A stretch of DNA of 64,000 nt from NCBI GenBank assembly GCA_028688055.1, contig JAQTYZ010000003.1, positions 66,752 through 130,751 on the forward strand. The letters run 5' to 3'. This DNA is from Patescibacteria group bacterium. Lineage in GTDB: Bacteria; Patescibacteriota; Patescibacteriia; Buchananbacterales; UBA6539. The position numbers and the translations under genes are program-made. The notes under the pieces are model-generated. The model was given only the letters and a program-made list of their open reading frames with translations. It searched no databases and had not been told where the DNA came from. The stretch's first letter is position 1; each line of letters starts with the position of its first letter. Positions 22,393 through 32,460 of the stretch are shown in pieces.

Positions 22393-23064
22393 TTAATTAA
22401 CTTTTAAGGTTTGCAAAACTTCATTTAAACGGCTGAAAGCAAAGTCTTTGATAAATGGTGCTATTCTTGGTGGATCGTAAACCTCAGGGTTGGTGCCGAA
22501 CACCAAGACGTCAATTGCGAAGCAAGTATTATTTTTTAGCAGACGGTAAGCGTATACTTCACTGTAATGATTCATGGCGGCATCCGAAAATTGAATCAGG
22601 GTATATTCATTACCGTTGATATTTACCAGCCGCTTATTTGGTGTCAGGTAGTCGGGTTCAGTTAAGCAATTTGCCAATGACTCCGGATTTCGACTAGCCC
22701 CGATTCTTAATTCGCCACTAGTCACGTCGTCGGAATTTGGTACGGTGATATCAATAATTCGGTCACCCGTACTTGTCGCGGCGGTTAGTAAATTCCAATT
22801 ATCAGATAAAAGATAAGATTGACTGAAGCTAGTTTTTGGTTTCATGTCATCAGGGTATTCTAGGGAAAAATTGTAGGTTGAATTGACGTAGGTATTTTTG
22901 AAAGTTGGGACGGTAGTGGTCGCAGTGTTTTCAGTTGGCGACGGCAGTTGACTTGGCGGTTTTGGCTGGTTTGATATAAACCCCAAATAAAAACCAAGCC
23001 CTAAACCAATGAGGAATAAGGCAATAGTAATAATGATAGTATTTTTGAGATGTTGGTAATTCAT
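22393..23064 (-). CDS. Membrane-anchored hypothetical protein
   Basis: N-terminal TM helix; TY.N..Y.FSLEYP motif (PsbP-like, tentative). Confidence 0.6.
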   Translation of the reverse strand: MNYQHLKNTIIITIALFLIGLGLGFYLGFISNQPKPPSQLPSPTENTATTTVPTFKNTYVNSTYNFSLEYPDDMKPKTSFSQSYLLSDNWNLLTAATSTGDRIIDITVPNSDDVTSGELRIGASRNPESLANCLTEPDYLTPNKRLVNINGNEYTLIQFSDAAMNHYSEVYAYRLLKNNTCFAIDVLVFGTNPEVYDPPRIAPFIKDFAFSRLNEVLQTLKVN

Positions 23065-23097
23065 ATAACTATTTTAGCTTAAATTTTAATGAAATAC

Positions 23098-23295
23098 AAA
23101 AAACCTCGCGGTTGCGAGGTTTTTTGATACTAAGGAACCGGTATCATCTCAGTAAAAGATATGAGACGATTGAAACCATTTTGTCTGATAAATTCGTATA
23201 CTGTCCGACCGACGATGGCGCAACGGCAATCGACGATGGCTACTGAAACAGAATTTATCAGACAACAAAATATCCGATGATAGGATATTTGGGAG
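23098..23295 (-). ncRNA. Candidate structured non-coding RNA
   Basis: Minus-strand TTGACA-16-TATACT promoter (23328-23301), 15-bp perfect stem 23181-23195/23251-23265, terminator 23098-23125. Confidence 0.5.
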
Positions 23296-23362
23296 CAACA
23301 AGTATACCAATTAAAAAGACTGTGTCAAGGGTCTGTTTTTCAATATTTTTCGAGTTTTTTGG

Positions 23363-24019
23363 TTAAATTTTGAGAAGCTGGCCGTATTGTTTTAGCCATT
23401 GGCGGGCCGCTAAAGCTGGCGGGTATACTAGTTCAACTTGATCCCAAAAGGTTTGGGAATGATTTTTAAATTCAAGATGAGCTAACTCGTGGACAACGAC
23501 ATAGTCAATAATGTTAACGGGAGCCATAATTAGTCGCCAATTAAAATTTAAATTTTTGTCACGGCACGAGCCCCAACGTTTTTGGGCGGTTGAGATTCTT
23601 ATTTTTTTATAACGCAAATTATTTTGGGTGGCATAAAATTCGACGCGCTGAGTAATAATTATTTTGGCTTGTTTTTTATACCAACTTTCAAAGATTGTTT
23701 TGGCTTTATCACGTAATGAGTAAGAGAGATAAAAACCGTGGTCGAAAAAATATTTATTTTTTAGAGTGGTAAAATTTAAATTGTATTCGGTACCGAGATA
23801 TAAAAATTTTTCGTCGGGAATAAATTGTTTAATTTTCGCGGTCGGCCGCGCTTTAACTTTTTCAAAACTGCGATTAATCCATTGTCGCTTTGAATTAACA
23901 ATTGCTTCAATCATAAAAACTGGCATCCGCAGTGGCGCGCGAACGGTTAAGGTTGCATCAGGATCAATGACGAGGGCAACCGTTTTTCTTTTTGAACGGA
24001 TAAGAGTATAGTTTTTCAC
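23363..24019 (-). CDS. M48/SprT-like (YgjP/DUF45) metallo-hydrolase
   Basis: RWGSC, DYVVVHELAHL..NHS..FW. Confidence 0.88.
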   Translation of the reverse strand: MKNYTLIRSKRKTVALVIDPDATLTVRAPLRMPVFMIEAIVNSKRQWINRSFEKVKARPTAKIKQFIPDEKFLYLGTEYNLNFTTLKNKYFFDHGFYLSYSLRDKAKTIFESWYKKQAKIIITQRVEFYATQNNLRYKKIRISTAQKRWGSCRDKNLNFNWRLIMAPVNIIDYVVVHELAHLEFKNHSQTFWDQVELVYPPALAARQWLKQYGQLLKI

Positions 24020-24024
24020 AAGTG

Positions 24025-24552
24025 TCAGATTAAATTATATTCCCAGTAAGGTTGCCATTGGAAAGGTTGAGTTAAGCATTGTTTAATGGTTTTATTTTCT
24101 ACTAAAATATCTAGCGCAAATTGAGTTGCGCGGTGGCCGACAATTAAAATGTTTTGGTCGGGATATTTCTGTTTTAATTCAAGATAAAATTCAATAGTTC
24201 GGTTGATCGCATCATTATAGCTTTCGCCGTTCGGAAACGGTTTGGCAATATATTTAAGTTTTAACGGTTCGACTTGGGATTTTAGTTTTCCATTGTAGTC
24301 GCCGTAATTAAGTTCGCGTAGCCTTTGATCAATTATAATCGGATATGTATCATCAAAGGCAAGCTTGACCGTGTCGAGTGCTCTAGTTAAATCACTACAG
24401 CAAATCATAGTAAAAGACAAATTTTTAAGATTAGTTTTAAGGCGTTTGGCTTGCTCGAGTCCAAGGCTGGAAAGTTTAGCATCTTGCCAGCCCGATGAAA
24501 TATCAGCCTCATTGTCAGTTGTTGTCGCATGGGTAGCGAAATATATTTTCAT
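24025..24552 (-). CDS. Histidine phosphatase family protein
   Basis: THA..TDN, SDL.RA..T, RLRELNYG, GES, VGH. Confidence 0.8.
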   Translation of the reverse strand: MKIYFATHATTTDNEADISSGWQDAKLSSLGLEQAKRLKTNLKNLSFTMICCSDLTRALDTVKLAFDDTYPIIIDQRLRELNYGDYNGKLKSQVEPLKLKYIAKPFPNGESYNDAINRTIEFYLELKQKYPDQNILIVGHRATQFALDILVENKTIKQCLTQPFQWQPYWEYNLI

Positions 24553-24687
24553 AATTTAATCTTAACAAAATAAAGTCGATTTGGCGATGCTTTCAATAAG
24601 TGATATTGAAAATTAATTGGTGGTATTTTTAAGCACAACAAAACCGCTCAAGCAGTTGGCAACGGAGCGATTTTTTAGGTATTAAAA

Positions 24688-25335
24688 TTAAATGATGTTT
24701 GATTCTTTGAGTTCAAGCTTTAGTTCAGCGAGAAAATCTTTTAAAAACTTCGTGCGGCGCTTGGCCATTTTTTTAGCTGTTGTCGTATGCATCCCTTGCT
24801 CGACAATCAACAGTCGCTGATAAAATAGATCAAGTCCGGAGCGAAACTGAACGGAACCTTTTTGGCAAAATGGATCCGTCGGATCGTAAAATGGCCGATT
24901 CGTTTGGCCGCCGGAGGAAAATGTTCTCATAATTGATATCGCGCCGGTGGCCTCAAGTCGATCAGCATCTTGGAGTATTTTTGACTCCAGCAACTTTGGT
25001 TTAAGGCCTTTGGAAAATGAGCATTCATTAATGCAGACAGCGACGCTTGCTATTTTTTCTTTGGGGTAAGCTTTAATTTTTTTTAAAATATTTTCCGCGA
25101 CGGCCGCACTGGCGCTGCTGGCTTTTTTATTTTTAGGTGAATTTTTTGGATAGACAATGATGTCATGAAATAAAGCCGCCGGGATTAAGATATCCCGATC
25201 AGCTTTCTCTTGTTTGCCAATTAGCTCAGCTAAATTAGTAACACGTAAAATATGCTGCCAGTCGTGTGATGGGTCGGTTTTAATCTGCCGCTCTGCGGCT
25301 AATTTTTTTAATTGGCTTGTTATTTTATTATTCAT
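24688..25335 (-). CDS. HD-domain phosphohydrolase
   Basis: HDWQHILRV, ALFHDI, QDADRLEA; start reassigned to ATG at 25335. Confidence 0.85.
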   Translation of the reverse strand: MNNKITSQLKKLAAERQIKTDPSHDWQHILRVTNLAELIGKQEKADRDILIPAALFHDIIVYPKNSPKNKKASSASAAVAENILKKIKAYPKEKIASVAVCINECSFSKGLKPKLLESKILQDADRLEATGAISIMRTFSSGGQTNRPFYDPTDPFCQKGSVQFRSGLDLFYQRLLIVEQGMHTTTAKKMAKRRTKFLKDFLAELKLELKESNII

Positions 25336-25858
25336 GATTTGATTTGTTAGGGGTTGGATTTTTAAAAGTTTGCCAATTGTCACTGCCGTCGGGCCAACGA
25401 CCGAAAGCAGTATTTTTCGTTTGTGGTTTATAACGGACATAATCAAGTCGGTGGCCATTGACGTCGGTTAGAGCGATGTCGCCGCCATCGTTGGCCAGGC
25501 GAAAATTGGCGTGCAGTATTCCTTGATCGGTTTGTTGGTCGGCCCAGATAATTAAAAAACCTTGCGGCGGGATAGTCGTCGCGGTTGGGTCAGTTTTGGG
25601 AATTTCCCATTTGGTTAATTTTAATTTATTGTCAGACAGAAACATTCCGCCTACATCAACAGCTATACTGTTAGGATTATAAATTTCAAGCCAGTCGTCG
25701 TATTCATTTTTTTCGTCAGCAATTGAATTATTGTTGCTGGCCATAAATTCGTTAATATAAAGTTTAGTCGGTTGCGGTGCGGTTGTCGGTAAATAGCTAC
25801 AACCGGAAATAAAAAAAATTAGTAGCGATAAAGTGACGGTAAGTTTAAGGTTTTCCAT
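25328..25858 (-). CDS. Lamin-tail-domain lipoprotein
   Basis: Lipobox ISGC; INEFMASN, DWLEIYN, GRWPDG. Confidence 0.8.
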   Translation of the reverse strand: MENLKLTVTLSLLIFFISGCSYLPTTAPQPTKLYINEFMASNNNSIADEKNEYDDWLEIYNPNSIAVDVGGMFLSDNKLKLTKWEIPKTDPTATTIPPQGFLIIWADQQTDQGILHANFRLANDGGDIALTDVNGHRLDYVRYKPQTKNTAFGRWPDGSDNWQTFKNPTPNKSNHE

Positions 25859-25866
25859 ATTGAATA

Positions 25867-26232
25867 CTATTGCTGAATCATTTTTTTACGCGAGCCGATA
25901 ATAAGCGGGATGATAAAAGTCAGAGCATAATATAAATACACATCCAACTTATAATAGCCGTCGGTTGGTTTAAACGCTTTAACAATGAAGAGATAATCAA
26001 GGACAATAGCAATTAATGTCCACACAATGCCCAGTATCAAATAATACTGGAAATAATTTCCTTTTACTTTTTTTAATAATACCCAAAGCGTGATAATTAT
26101 GCCGATCGGCATAATTAACCAGCCAATAGTAGTAGGCGACACAATCGAAAAAAGAATTATGCCAAGCGCGTAGCCTATAAGCCAGAGGATAAAACCCCAG
26201 CCCAGCGTGTCTTTAAGTAATTCTTTGTTCAT
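25867..26232 (-). CDS. Small integral membrane protein
   Basis: About four hydrophobic helices. Confidence 0.65.
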   Translation of the reverse strand: MNKELLKDTLGWGFILWLIGYALGIILFSIVSPTTIGWLIMPIGIIITLWVLLKKVKGNYFQYYLILGIVWTLIAIVLDYLFIVKAFKPTDGYYKLDVYLYYALTFIIPLIIGSRKKMIQQ

Positions 26233-26357
26233 AAATGTTTCAATTATTTTAAAATTATCTTGTTATTTCGACATTCCAGAGTTTGTTCAAGGGGTCTATT
26301 GATAATTTGCCACTATAATCAAATACAATTAGCTATATAGAAATAGCGTAAATAATT

Positions 26358-26804
26358 CTATAACTTTCCTTCTTTTATTAACTCAATTGATGACTTTCCG
26401 GCTTGAACTTTCAAGAATAAATTCCCTGGGTCATTAATGGCGTCCTTGATTCTTTCAACCTGCTTTGGTGAAGTATTAGAAGGTATTTTTTCGATTTCAA
26501 AATACTCAATCTTATCAGCTTCATTATTTAATGTTATTTTTCCGTCGGCCACCCTGCAGATAAATGAAAAAATAATTTCGTTTTTATCTGGTTTGCTATA
26601 AACACCCATTAATTTTGAAACTTCGACTACCAACCCAGTTTCTTCTTTAACTTCTCTTTTTACTCCATCCCAAGGAGCCTCACCCGATTCTAAGGTACCA
26701 CCAGGTAAATTCCACAAATCATAATCTCTTCGATGGCAAAGCAAAACGCGAGATTGTTTATCTAGTATTATTCCGAATGTTCCTACGGTAAATTGTGGTT
26801 TCAT
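26358..26804 (-). CDS. NUDIX hydrolase
   Basis: PGG..E.GE......REVKEETG; start reassigned to ATG at 26804. Confidence 0.9.
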   Translation of the reverse strand: MKPQFTVGTFGIILDKQSRVLLCHRRDYDLWNLPGGTLESGEAPWDGVKREVKEETGLVVEVSKLMGVYSKPDKNEIIFSFICRVADGKITLNNEADKIEYFEIEKIPSNTSPKQVERIKDAINDPGNLFLKVQAGKSSIELIKEGKL

Positions 26805-26955
26805 AATTTTAGTTTGAATCTCCTTTCGGCTTACGATTCCAATTTTCAATTTTAGTGGGACACTCGGGTTAAGTACCCCGAATTTTAAGGTGTTTTGATT
26901 AATTCTGGAGACTCCCTGATTGAGGCACGCGGGTCACGCCGATAAAAAGTTGTCC

Positions 26956-27043
26956 TGGCGGAGAGAGGGGGATTCGAACCCCCGAACCCTTGCGGGTTAC
27001 ACGCTTTCCAAGCGTGCGCACTAGACCACTATGCGATCTCTCC
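26956..27043 (-). tRNA. tRNA-Ser(GGA)
   Basis: Cloverleaf GGAGAGA...CACGC-TTGGAAA-GCGTG, long variable arm, TTCGAAT, encoded CCA. Confidence 0.95.
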
Positions 27044-27046
27044 TTA

Positions 27047-27487
27047 TTATTTTATTTTCTTGTCAATTAATGAAAGAATATCAACCGGATAAAGCGGCGT
27101 ATTTTTTTTAGGGAAGTCACTGATGTTTAGCCAAACGGCGGTGCTCTTTACGCCATTTTCCATAACGGCGATTTTTTTCTGAGCATAAAATTTTTGATCA
27201 ACAAATTGTCCGTCATAAATAAAGACAATCTCATGGCCAGGCTGTCCGTTGTAAGTAAAAATATTTTCAACTAATCCAATTTTTTTTAGCCCCTTGACCT
27301 CGGTGTTAAGCTCCTCTTTAATTTCTCTCACCAAAGCTTCTTGGCTGGTTTCGCCGAATTCAATTCCACCGCCGATTGGTCGGTAGAAGTACTGTTTCTT
27401 ACTTTCATCATAGCCTCTCGTCGCTAGAATTTTACCGTGGTGATAAAATATGCAAATTGCAATTGGTCGAGTTATTTTTTTTATCAT
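27047..27487 (-). CDS. NUDIX hydrolase
   Basis: GGGIEFGETSQEALVREIKEEL. Confidence 0.9.
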   Translation of the reverse strand: MIKKITRPIAICIFYHHGKILATRGYDESKKQYFYRPIGGGIEFGETSQEALVREIKEELNTEVKGLKKIGLVENIFTYNGQPGHEIVFIYDGQFVDQKFYAQKKIAVMENGVKSTAVWLNISDFPKKNTPLYPVDILSLIDKKIK

Positions 27488-27559
27488 AAATATTTTTTTG
27501 TCAGGCGAGGTCTAGGTTACAAAACAGATAAGTTGGATTTTTATCTCGAATATAGCTAA

Positions 27560-28168
27560 TTAGGAATCTTTCACGACCCCTGTTTTAATTAAAGCTTGGT
27601 AATGCTCTAGCTTAACTCTTTTAAGATACTCAATAATTTTTCCTCGAACAGTGGCGATTTTTAGATTATTTTCCTTAGCAAAAGCTACTATTTTATTTAT
27701 CGCTTCTTTAATTTCAGATTTTTTATTGACCATGAGTTCAATTTCTCCAATTGCATAAGTAAATTCTTGAAAATCAACAACATCTAAATCAATAATAAAC
27801 AGTCCCTTTTTATACTTACTTCGTGTAGTTTTGCAGATACAGAATGAAGCATAATCATTTTCCTTTAAATTATCAGCCAAGCTTTTGTCAGTATCGAAAT
27901 TTAGTGCCTCTTTTATTTCTGATTCATTTTCCAACTCGTTGTATTGATCTACCAACCGTTCTACACCTGAATGTAGTGGAAGTTTTAGTTCGAATCTACC
28001 TTCACGGGAGCGGAGCCATTTATCTTGGGAAGTAAGAGTAAATTCTTTTGTATCATAGTAGATATCTGTAAATATTTTTTTATTTAAAAATTCAGCGCCG
28101 TTAGTAAGACGATTCTTATTGTTTTCATCAAGAATAAATTTCTTTTCAACTTCAATCATTTGGTCCAA
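27560..28168 (-). CDS. CYTH-domain protein
   Basis: EVEKKF, DIYYDT, WLRSR, EIE. Confidence 0.85.
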   Translation of the reverse strand: MDQMIEVEKKFILDENNKNRLTNGAEFLNKKIFTDIYYDTKEFTLTSQDKWLRSREGRFELKLPLHSGVERLVDQYNELENESEIKEALNFDTDKSLADNLKENDYASFCICKTTRSKYKKGLFIIDLDVVDFQEFTYAIGEIELMVNKKSEIKEAINKIVAFAKENNLKIATVRGKIIEYLKRVKLEHYQALIKTGVVKDS

Positions 28169-28226
28169 ACCCCTACTTTTTTGTTGATTATCTAAGCATC
28201 ACCTACGGTGGTGCTCAAATAACCAA

Positions 28227-28313
28227 CGGAGAGGGTGGGATTCGAACCCACGGTGACATTGCTGCCACGACAGTTTTCAAGACTGTTCCTTTAGACCACT
28301 CAGGCACCTCTCC
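28227..28313 (-). tRNA. tRNA-Ser(TGA)
   Basis: GGAGAGG...ACAGT-CTTGAAA-ACTGT, long variable arm, TTCGAAT; CCA not encoded. Confidence 0.95.
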
Positions 28314-28436
28314 ACTCTATTGTCGAAATCATTAACTATCATATTAAAGCAGAAAAAAACGTCTTAGTCAATTTTCTTGCCTTAATTAAGCCAAGTAGAG
28401 TAAAATGAAAAGGCTTTAGAATTTATCCTTATTATA

Positions 28437-30230
28437 ATGGCCGGTCAAATTGACGATATTAAAGCCCGAGTCGACATTGTCGATTTGGTTTCGGAATATA
28501 TCAGATTAAAACAAACGGGTACCAATTGGCGCGCGCTGTGTCCTTTTCATAATGAAAAATCGCCGTCGTTTATGGTCTCGCGCGATAAGCAGATTTGGCA
28601 CTGCTTCGGCTGCAATGAGGGGGGCGATATTTTTACCTTTGTGCAGAAGATGGACAATATCGAATTTCCTGAAGCGTTGCGGTTACTAGCCCAAAAGGCC
28701 GGGGTGAAATTAATCGATCAGGATCCGAAAATGTCGAGCCAAAGAAATCGATTAATGGATAGCTTAGTTTTGACAACTAAATTTTGGCACCAAAATTTAG
28801 TTGAAGCAGCGGCCGGACAAAAAGCGCGCGACTATTTGGCGAAGCGGGGCGTGAGCGAAAAAATGATTGAAGAATTTAAATTAGGTTACGCGCCGGACAG
28901 CTGGGATAATTTAATCAAATTTTTAAAAAGTCAAAAATATTCCGACCAGGAAATTTTTCTCGCGGGTTTGTCAGTTAAAAAAGATCGCGGTATTGATTTT
29001 TATGATCGCTTTCGCGATCGGCTAATGTTTCCCATTAATGATTTCCACGGCAATCCGATTGGCTTTTCCGGTCGAACTTTGAAAGCCGACGAAGTCGGCG
29101 GTAAATATATTAACACGCCGCAAACTTTAGTTTACAATAAAAGTTTAGCGATTTTTAATTTAGACAAGGCCAAACAAGAAATTAAAAAGAAGAATTATGC
29201 TATTTTGGTTGAGGGGCAAATGGATGTGTTGGCGGTTTTTGCCGCCGGTTACGAAAATGTGATTGCGTCTTCAGGAACCGCTCTAAGTTTGGATCAACTT
29301 AAAATTTTAAAACGCTACACCAATAATTTGGCAATCTCGTTTGATACTGATGCCGCCGGTCAATCGGCGGCGAAACGTGGGATTGATTTGGCGCTGGGCG
29401 AAGAAGTTAATGTTAAAGTAATTGTCGTGCCCGGTGGCAAAGACCCGGATGAATGTATTCGCCATAATATTAATGATTGGCACAGTGCGGTCAAAAACGC
29501 TAAATCAATTATGGAATATTATTTTGATGAAACTTTTAAAAAATATGATTTAAAACAAGTTGAAGGGAAGAAAGCGGCCGCTAAAATTTTACTAACCGCC
29601 ATTTCTAAGCTGGGCAATAAAATTGAGCAGACACATTGGCTGCAGCAGCTTTCGGAAGCCATTAATGTGCCAGTTGATATCTTGCGCGAGTCGCTCAATC
29701 AAGGCGAAGCAAAACCGGCCGCGCCGTCAAATGTCGGCGTGAAGCTAAAGGTAGCCCAGCCGCGTAGTCTTAACGAAATGATGGCGGAGCAGATTTTGGC
29801 CATTGGTTTAAAGTATCCCGATAATCTGCCTTATATTATTGATAATCTGCCAGTTGATCTAATCACTGATGAAAGCTTAAAACAGCTTTACAAACAATTA
29901 ATAGTTTATTATACTAAAAACATTAGCGGAGAAATTAATTCTTTTAATTATCCCGAATTCAGCATACAACTTAAGGCGGATAATTTCAGTCAATTAGCCG
30001 ATAAGCTGGTTCTTCTAGCCGAGAAGGATTTTTTTGATTTTGAACCGCAGGTCGTAGGAGTTGAGCTAATAAAAATAGTTACATCACTTAAGCGCGCTTA
30101 TTATCAAAGTCAGCTTAAGGATATTGAACAACGGATTAAGCAAGAAGAAAAAAATAAGCAGTCAGGCGAGATTGAAAATTTAAACGACGAATTTAATAAA
30201 ATTATTAGTCAATTACAGAATTTAGAATAA
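28437..30230 (+). CDS. dnaG: DNA primase
   Basis: [11 protein letters not shown] Zn finger, KYINTP, VEG.MD, FD.D.AG TOPRIM. Confidence 0.97.
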   Translation: MAGQIDDIKARVDIVDLVSEYIRLKQTGTNWRALCPFHNEKSPSFMVSRDKQIWHCFGCNEGGDIFTFVQKMDNIEFPEALRLLAQKAGVKLIDQDPKMSSQRNRLMDSLVLTTKFWHQNLVEAAAGQKARDYLAKRGVSEKMIEEFKLGYAPDSWDNLIKFLKSQKYSDQEIFLAGLSVKKDRGIDFYDRFRDRLMFPINDFHGNPIGFSGRTLKADEVGGKYINTPQTLVYNKSLAIFNLDKAKQEIKKKNYAILVEGQMDVLAVFAAGYENVIASSGTALSLDQLKILKRYTNNLAISFDTDAAGQSAAKRGIDLALGEEVNVKVIVVPGGKDPDECIRHNINDWHSAVKNAKSIMEYYFDETFKKYDLKQVEGKKAAAKILLTAISKLGNKIEQTHWLQQLSEAINVPVDILRESLNQGEAKPAAPSNVGVKLKVAQPRSLNEMMAEQILAIGLKYPDNLPYIIDNLPVDLITDESLKQLYKQLIVYYTKNISGEINSFNYPEFSIQLKADNFSQLADKLVLLAEKDFFDFEPQVVGVELIKIVTSLKRAYYQSQLKDIEQRIKQEEKNKQSGEIENLNDEFNKIISQLQNLE

Positions 30231-30235
30231 TTATA

Positions 30236-31456
30236 ATGCCCAAGACTAAAAAAGTAGTTTCAAAAAAACCGGTCAAGAAAAAAGTTAGCAAGAAAAAACC
30301 GGTTAAAAAAGCCGCCAAACAGAAAGTCGCCAAGGCGACCAAGGCCACTAGGATGTCGAAGACGAAAGTGATCGCTAATTTTGAATTGATTAAACGGCTT
30401 TTAAATAAGGGTCGGACCCGTGGGTTTATTACGGAAACTGAAATTTTACATACTTTTCCGGAAGTTGAAGATTATTTGGAGGAGTATGAAAAGTTTTTGG
30501 GCAGGTTGGATCAGCTTGGATTGAATATCGTGGAAAGTGATGCTGGTTACTTAGGAACAACCGAGCGGCGGATGGAGGCATTGGATAAATCAGGCTTAGG
30601 CAAAAAAAATAAAAAAATTGATATTTCTGATATTTCCGCTGATTCAATTCAGATGTATCTGCGTGAAATCGGCAAAGTGCCATTGTTAAAATCAGAAGAA
30701 GAAATTTCTTTGGCCAAGAAATCGGAACACGGTGACAAGGAAGCCAAGAAGCGGTTAATCGAAGCCAACTTGCGGCTAGTCGTTTCGATTGCCAAGCGAT
30801 TCACTGGCAAAAGTTTGTCGTTACTTGATTTGATCCAGGAAGGTAATATCGGTTTGTTCCGCGCCGTCGAGAAATTTGATTATCGTCGTGGGTATAAATT
30901 TTCCACCTATGCAACTTGGTGGATTCGTCAAGCCATTACCCGAGCGTTAGCCGATCAGTCGCGAACGATTCGGATTCCGGTGCACATGGTTGAAACAATT
31001 AATAAATTTAAGCAAGCCGAGCGTCAACTGATTCAGGACTTGGGTCGTGAACCGTTGCCGGAAGAAATTGCCGCCGAAATGGGCGAACCGCTTGACAAAG
31101 TTCTTCATATCATTAAAATAAGTCAAGATACTATTTCGATTGAAACCTCGGTCGGCGAAGACGACGAGGACAGTACGCTGGAAGATTTTATTGAGGATGT
31201 TAGAACCGTCACCCCTGATCGGGCGGCGGCTTTGCAGTTATTGCGTGATTATGTCAATGAAATTATTAAGGATTTGACGCCCCGGGAGCAAAAGATTTTG
31301 GAAATGCGGTTTGGTCTTAAAGATGGCGTCGCCCATACGCTGGAGGAAGTCGGACAGGAATTTGATGTTACCAGAGAGCGCATCAGACAAATTGAAGCCA
31401 AAGCTTTAGAAAAAATTGAAAAACATAGTTTGATTGAGAAGTTAAGGGACTATTAG
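30236..31456 (+). CDS. rpoD: Primary sigma factor RpoD/SigA with Lys-rich N-terminal extension
   Basis: [42 protein letters not shown]. Confidence 0.96.
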   Translation: MPKTKKVVSKKPVKKKVSKKKPVKKAAKQKVAKATKATRMSKTKVIANFELIKRLLNKGRTRGFITETEILHTFPEVEDYLEEYEKFLGRLDQLGLNIVESDAGYLGTTERRMEALDKSGLGKKNKKIDISDISADSIQMYLREIGKVPLLKSEEEISLAKKSEHGDKEAKKRLIEANLRLVVSIAKRFTGKSLSLLDLIQEGNIGLFRAVEKFDYRRGYKFSTYATWWIRQAITRALADQSRTIRIPVHMVETINKFKQAERQLIQDLGREPLPEEIAAEMGEPLDKVLHIIKISQDTISIETSVGEDDEDSTLEDFIEDVRTVTPDRAAALQLLRDYVNEIIKDLTPREQKILEMRFGLKDGVAHTLEEVGQEFDVTRERIRQIEAKALEKIEKHSLIEKLRDY

Positions 31457-31486
31457 AAAATTAGTTTAAGATTAGGAGAGTTAAGC

Positions 31487-31538
31487 TCCGAGGTAGCTCA
31501 ACGGTAGAGTCCCGCCACGGCGGGATTAATCCATTGGT
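31487..31538 (+). pseudogene. Disrupted tRNA-Asn 5' fragment carrying a palindrome
   Basis: Identical to the tRNA-Asn 5' end up to GTAGAG; CAGTGGACTG is replaced by TCCCGCCACGGCGGGA (31510-31525); T-arm missing. Confidence 0.8.
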
Positions 31539-31548
31539 CCTTGATTAT

Positions 31549-31794
31549 ATGAACTATTTCGTTTATATTATTAAGAATCAACAAGGCGCAATTTATATCG
31601 GTCAGACAAAGAATATTTTTGTCAGACTGAAGGTTCACAATTCGAACGAGGTTTTTTCAACGAAAAATCAAGGTCCCTGGAAACTTATTTATTTTGAAGA
31701 GTTCACATCTCGATCAGACGCCATGGCACGAGAAAAGCAGTTAAAAAGTTTTAAGGGTGGTAATGCTCTAAAAAAATTAATTGATAAAGTTTAA
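31549..31794 (+). CDS. Small GIY-YIG nuclease family protein
   Basis: FVYII...IYIGQT, RL..HN, A..REKQLK. Confidence 0.9.
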   Translation: MNYFVYIIKNQQGAIYIGQTKNIFVRLKVHNSNEVFSTKNQGPWKLIYFEEFTSRSDAMAREKQLKSFKGGNALKKLIDKV

Positions 31795-31806
31795 GGAGAG
31801 TTAAGC

Positions 31807-31878
31807 TCCGAGGTAGCTCAACGGTAGAGCAGTGGACTGTTAATCCATTGGTTCCGGGTTCGAATCCCGGCCTCGGAG
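31807..31878 (+). tRNA. tRNA-Asn(GTT), intron-less
   Basis: TCCGAGG...GTGGA-CTGTTAA-TCCAT...TTCGAAT...CCTCGGAG. Confidence 0.95.
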
Positions 31879-32103
31879 GAGGCTGGACGCGTTCCCGGAG
31901 ACCGGTTTGAGGCAGTCAACTTAGCCAAAAATAGTAGTCGTCAGTTTGTGTCCAATCCTAGGTGAGAAATCAGTTTAGAACCAGATAGCAAATTAGAGTC
32001 CAGTGATTAGGTAATACATAAGTGTTCTCGGCGACTGGCTCCGCCGATCAAAGGCTTGAAAATTTAAAACTGAATATTTATACTTCAAAAAAGAGTCATG
32101 TGC

Positions 32104-32396
32104 TCCGAGGTAGCTCAATGGTAGAGCAGCGGACTGTAGAATGATGCAGCCCCTAGGAGAAATCCTAAGGTGAAAATTTCGGGATAACGGTGAAGGCTAC
32201 GTTCGTCAGTTGACGGATATGCGAACACCGTGGGAACTCTGATCCGCCAGATGGCAGATCGGGGAGCGCCGTAGAGACTAGATACCGAAACACCTACATC
32301 CAAAATTGGATACGGTGATGATATAGTCCATCCCCCAACGAAAGTTGAGGACAAGATGTAATCCGTTGGTTCCGGGTCCGAGTCCCGGCCTCGGAG
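32104..32396 (+). tRNA. tRNA-Asn(GTT) interrupted by a group I intron (exons 32104-32137 and 32359-32396)
   Basis: Joined exons give GCGGA-CTGTTAA-TCCGT and nearly match the intron-less copy; upstream TTGAAA-17-TATACT promoter (32056-32084). Confidence 0.85.
32138..32358 (+). ncRNA. Group I intron (221 nt, no ORF)
   Basis: Exon ends in U and intron ends in G; P1 with U.G pair, P3 TTTCGG/CCGAAA, P7 GACTA/TAGTC (AGAGACTA, GATATAGTCC), GAAA-capped P9. Confidence 0.85.
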
Positions 32397-32460
32397 CAGA
32401 TGACTTTTTGAAAAGAATTTTGAATAAAATAAGGCCAATCAGGTAGGTATACCGACGGCT

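Noticed and set aside
26850-26955. HDV-like (theta) or hammerhead ribozyme next to tRNA-Ser
   Set aside because: Some stems and a CTGATTGAG look-alike exist, but P1/L3 and the hammerhead core do not match consensus.
32104-32140. tRNA-Tyr(GTA) call
   Set aside because: Body matches tRNA-Asn, and group I splice rules (exon U, terminal G) give GTT.
32115-32438. 107-aa minus-strand ORF
   Set aside because: Antisense shadow of the intron-containing tRNA.
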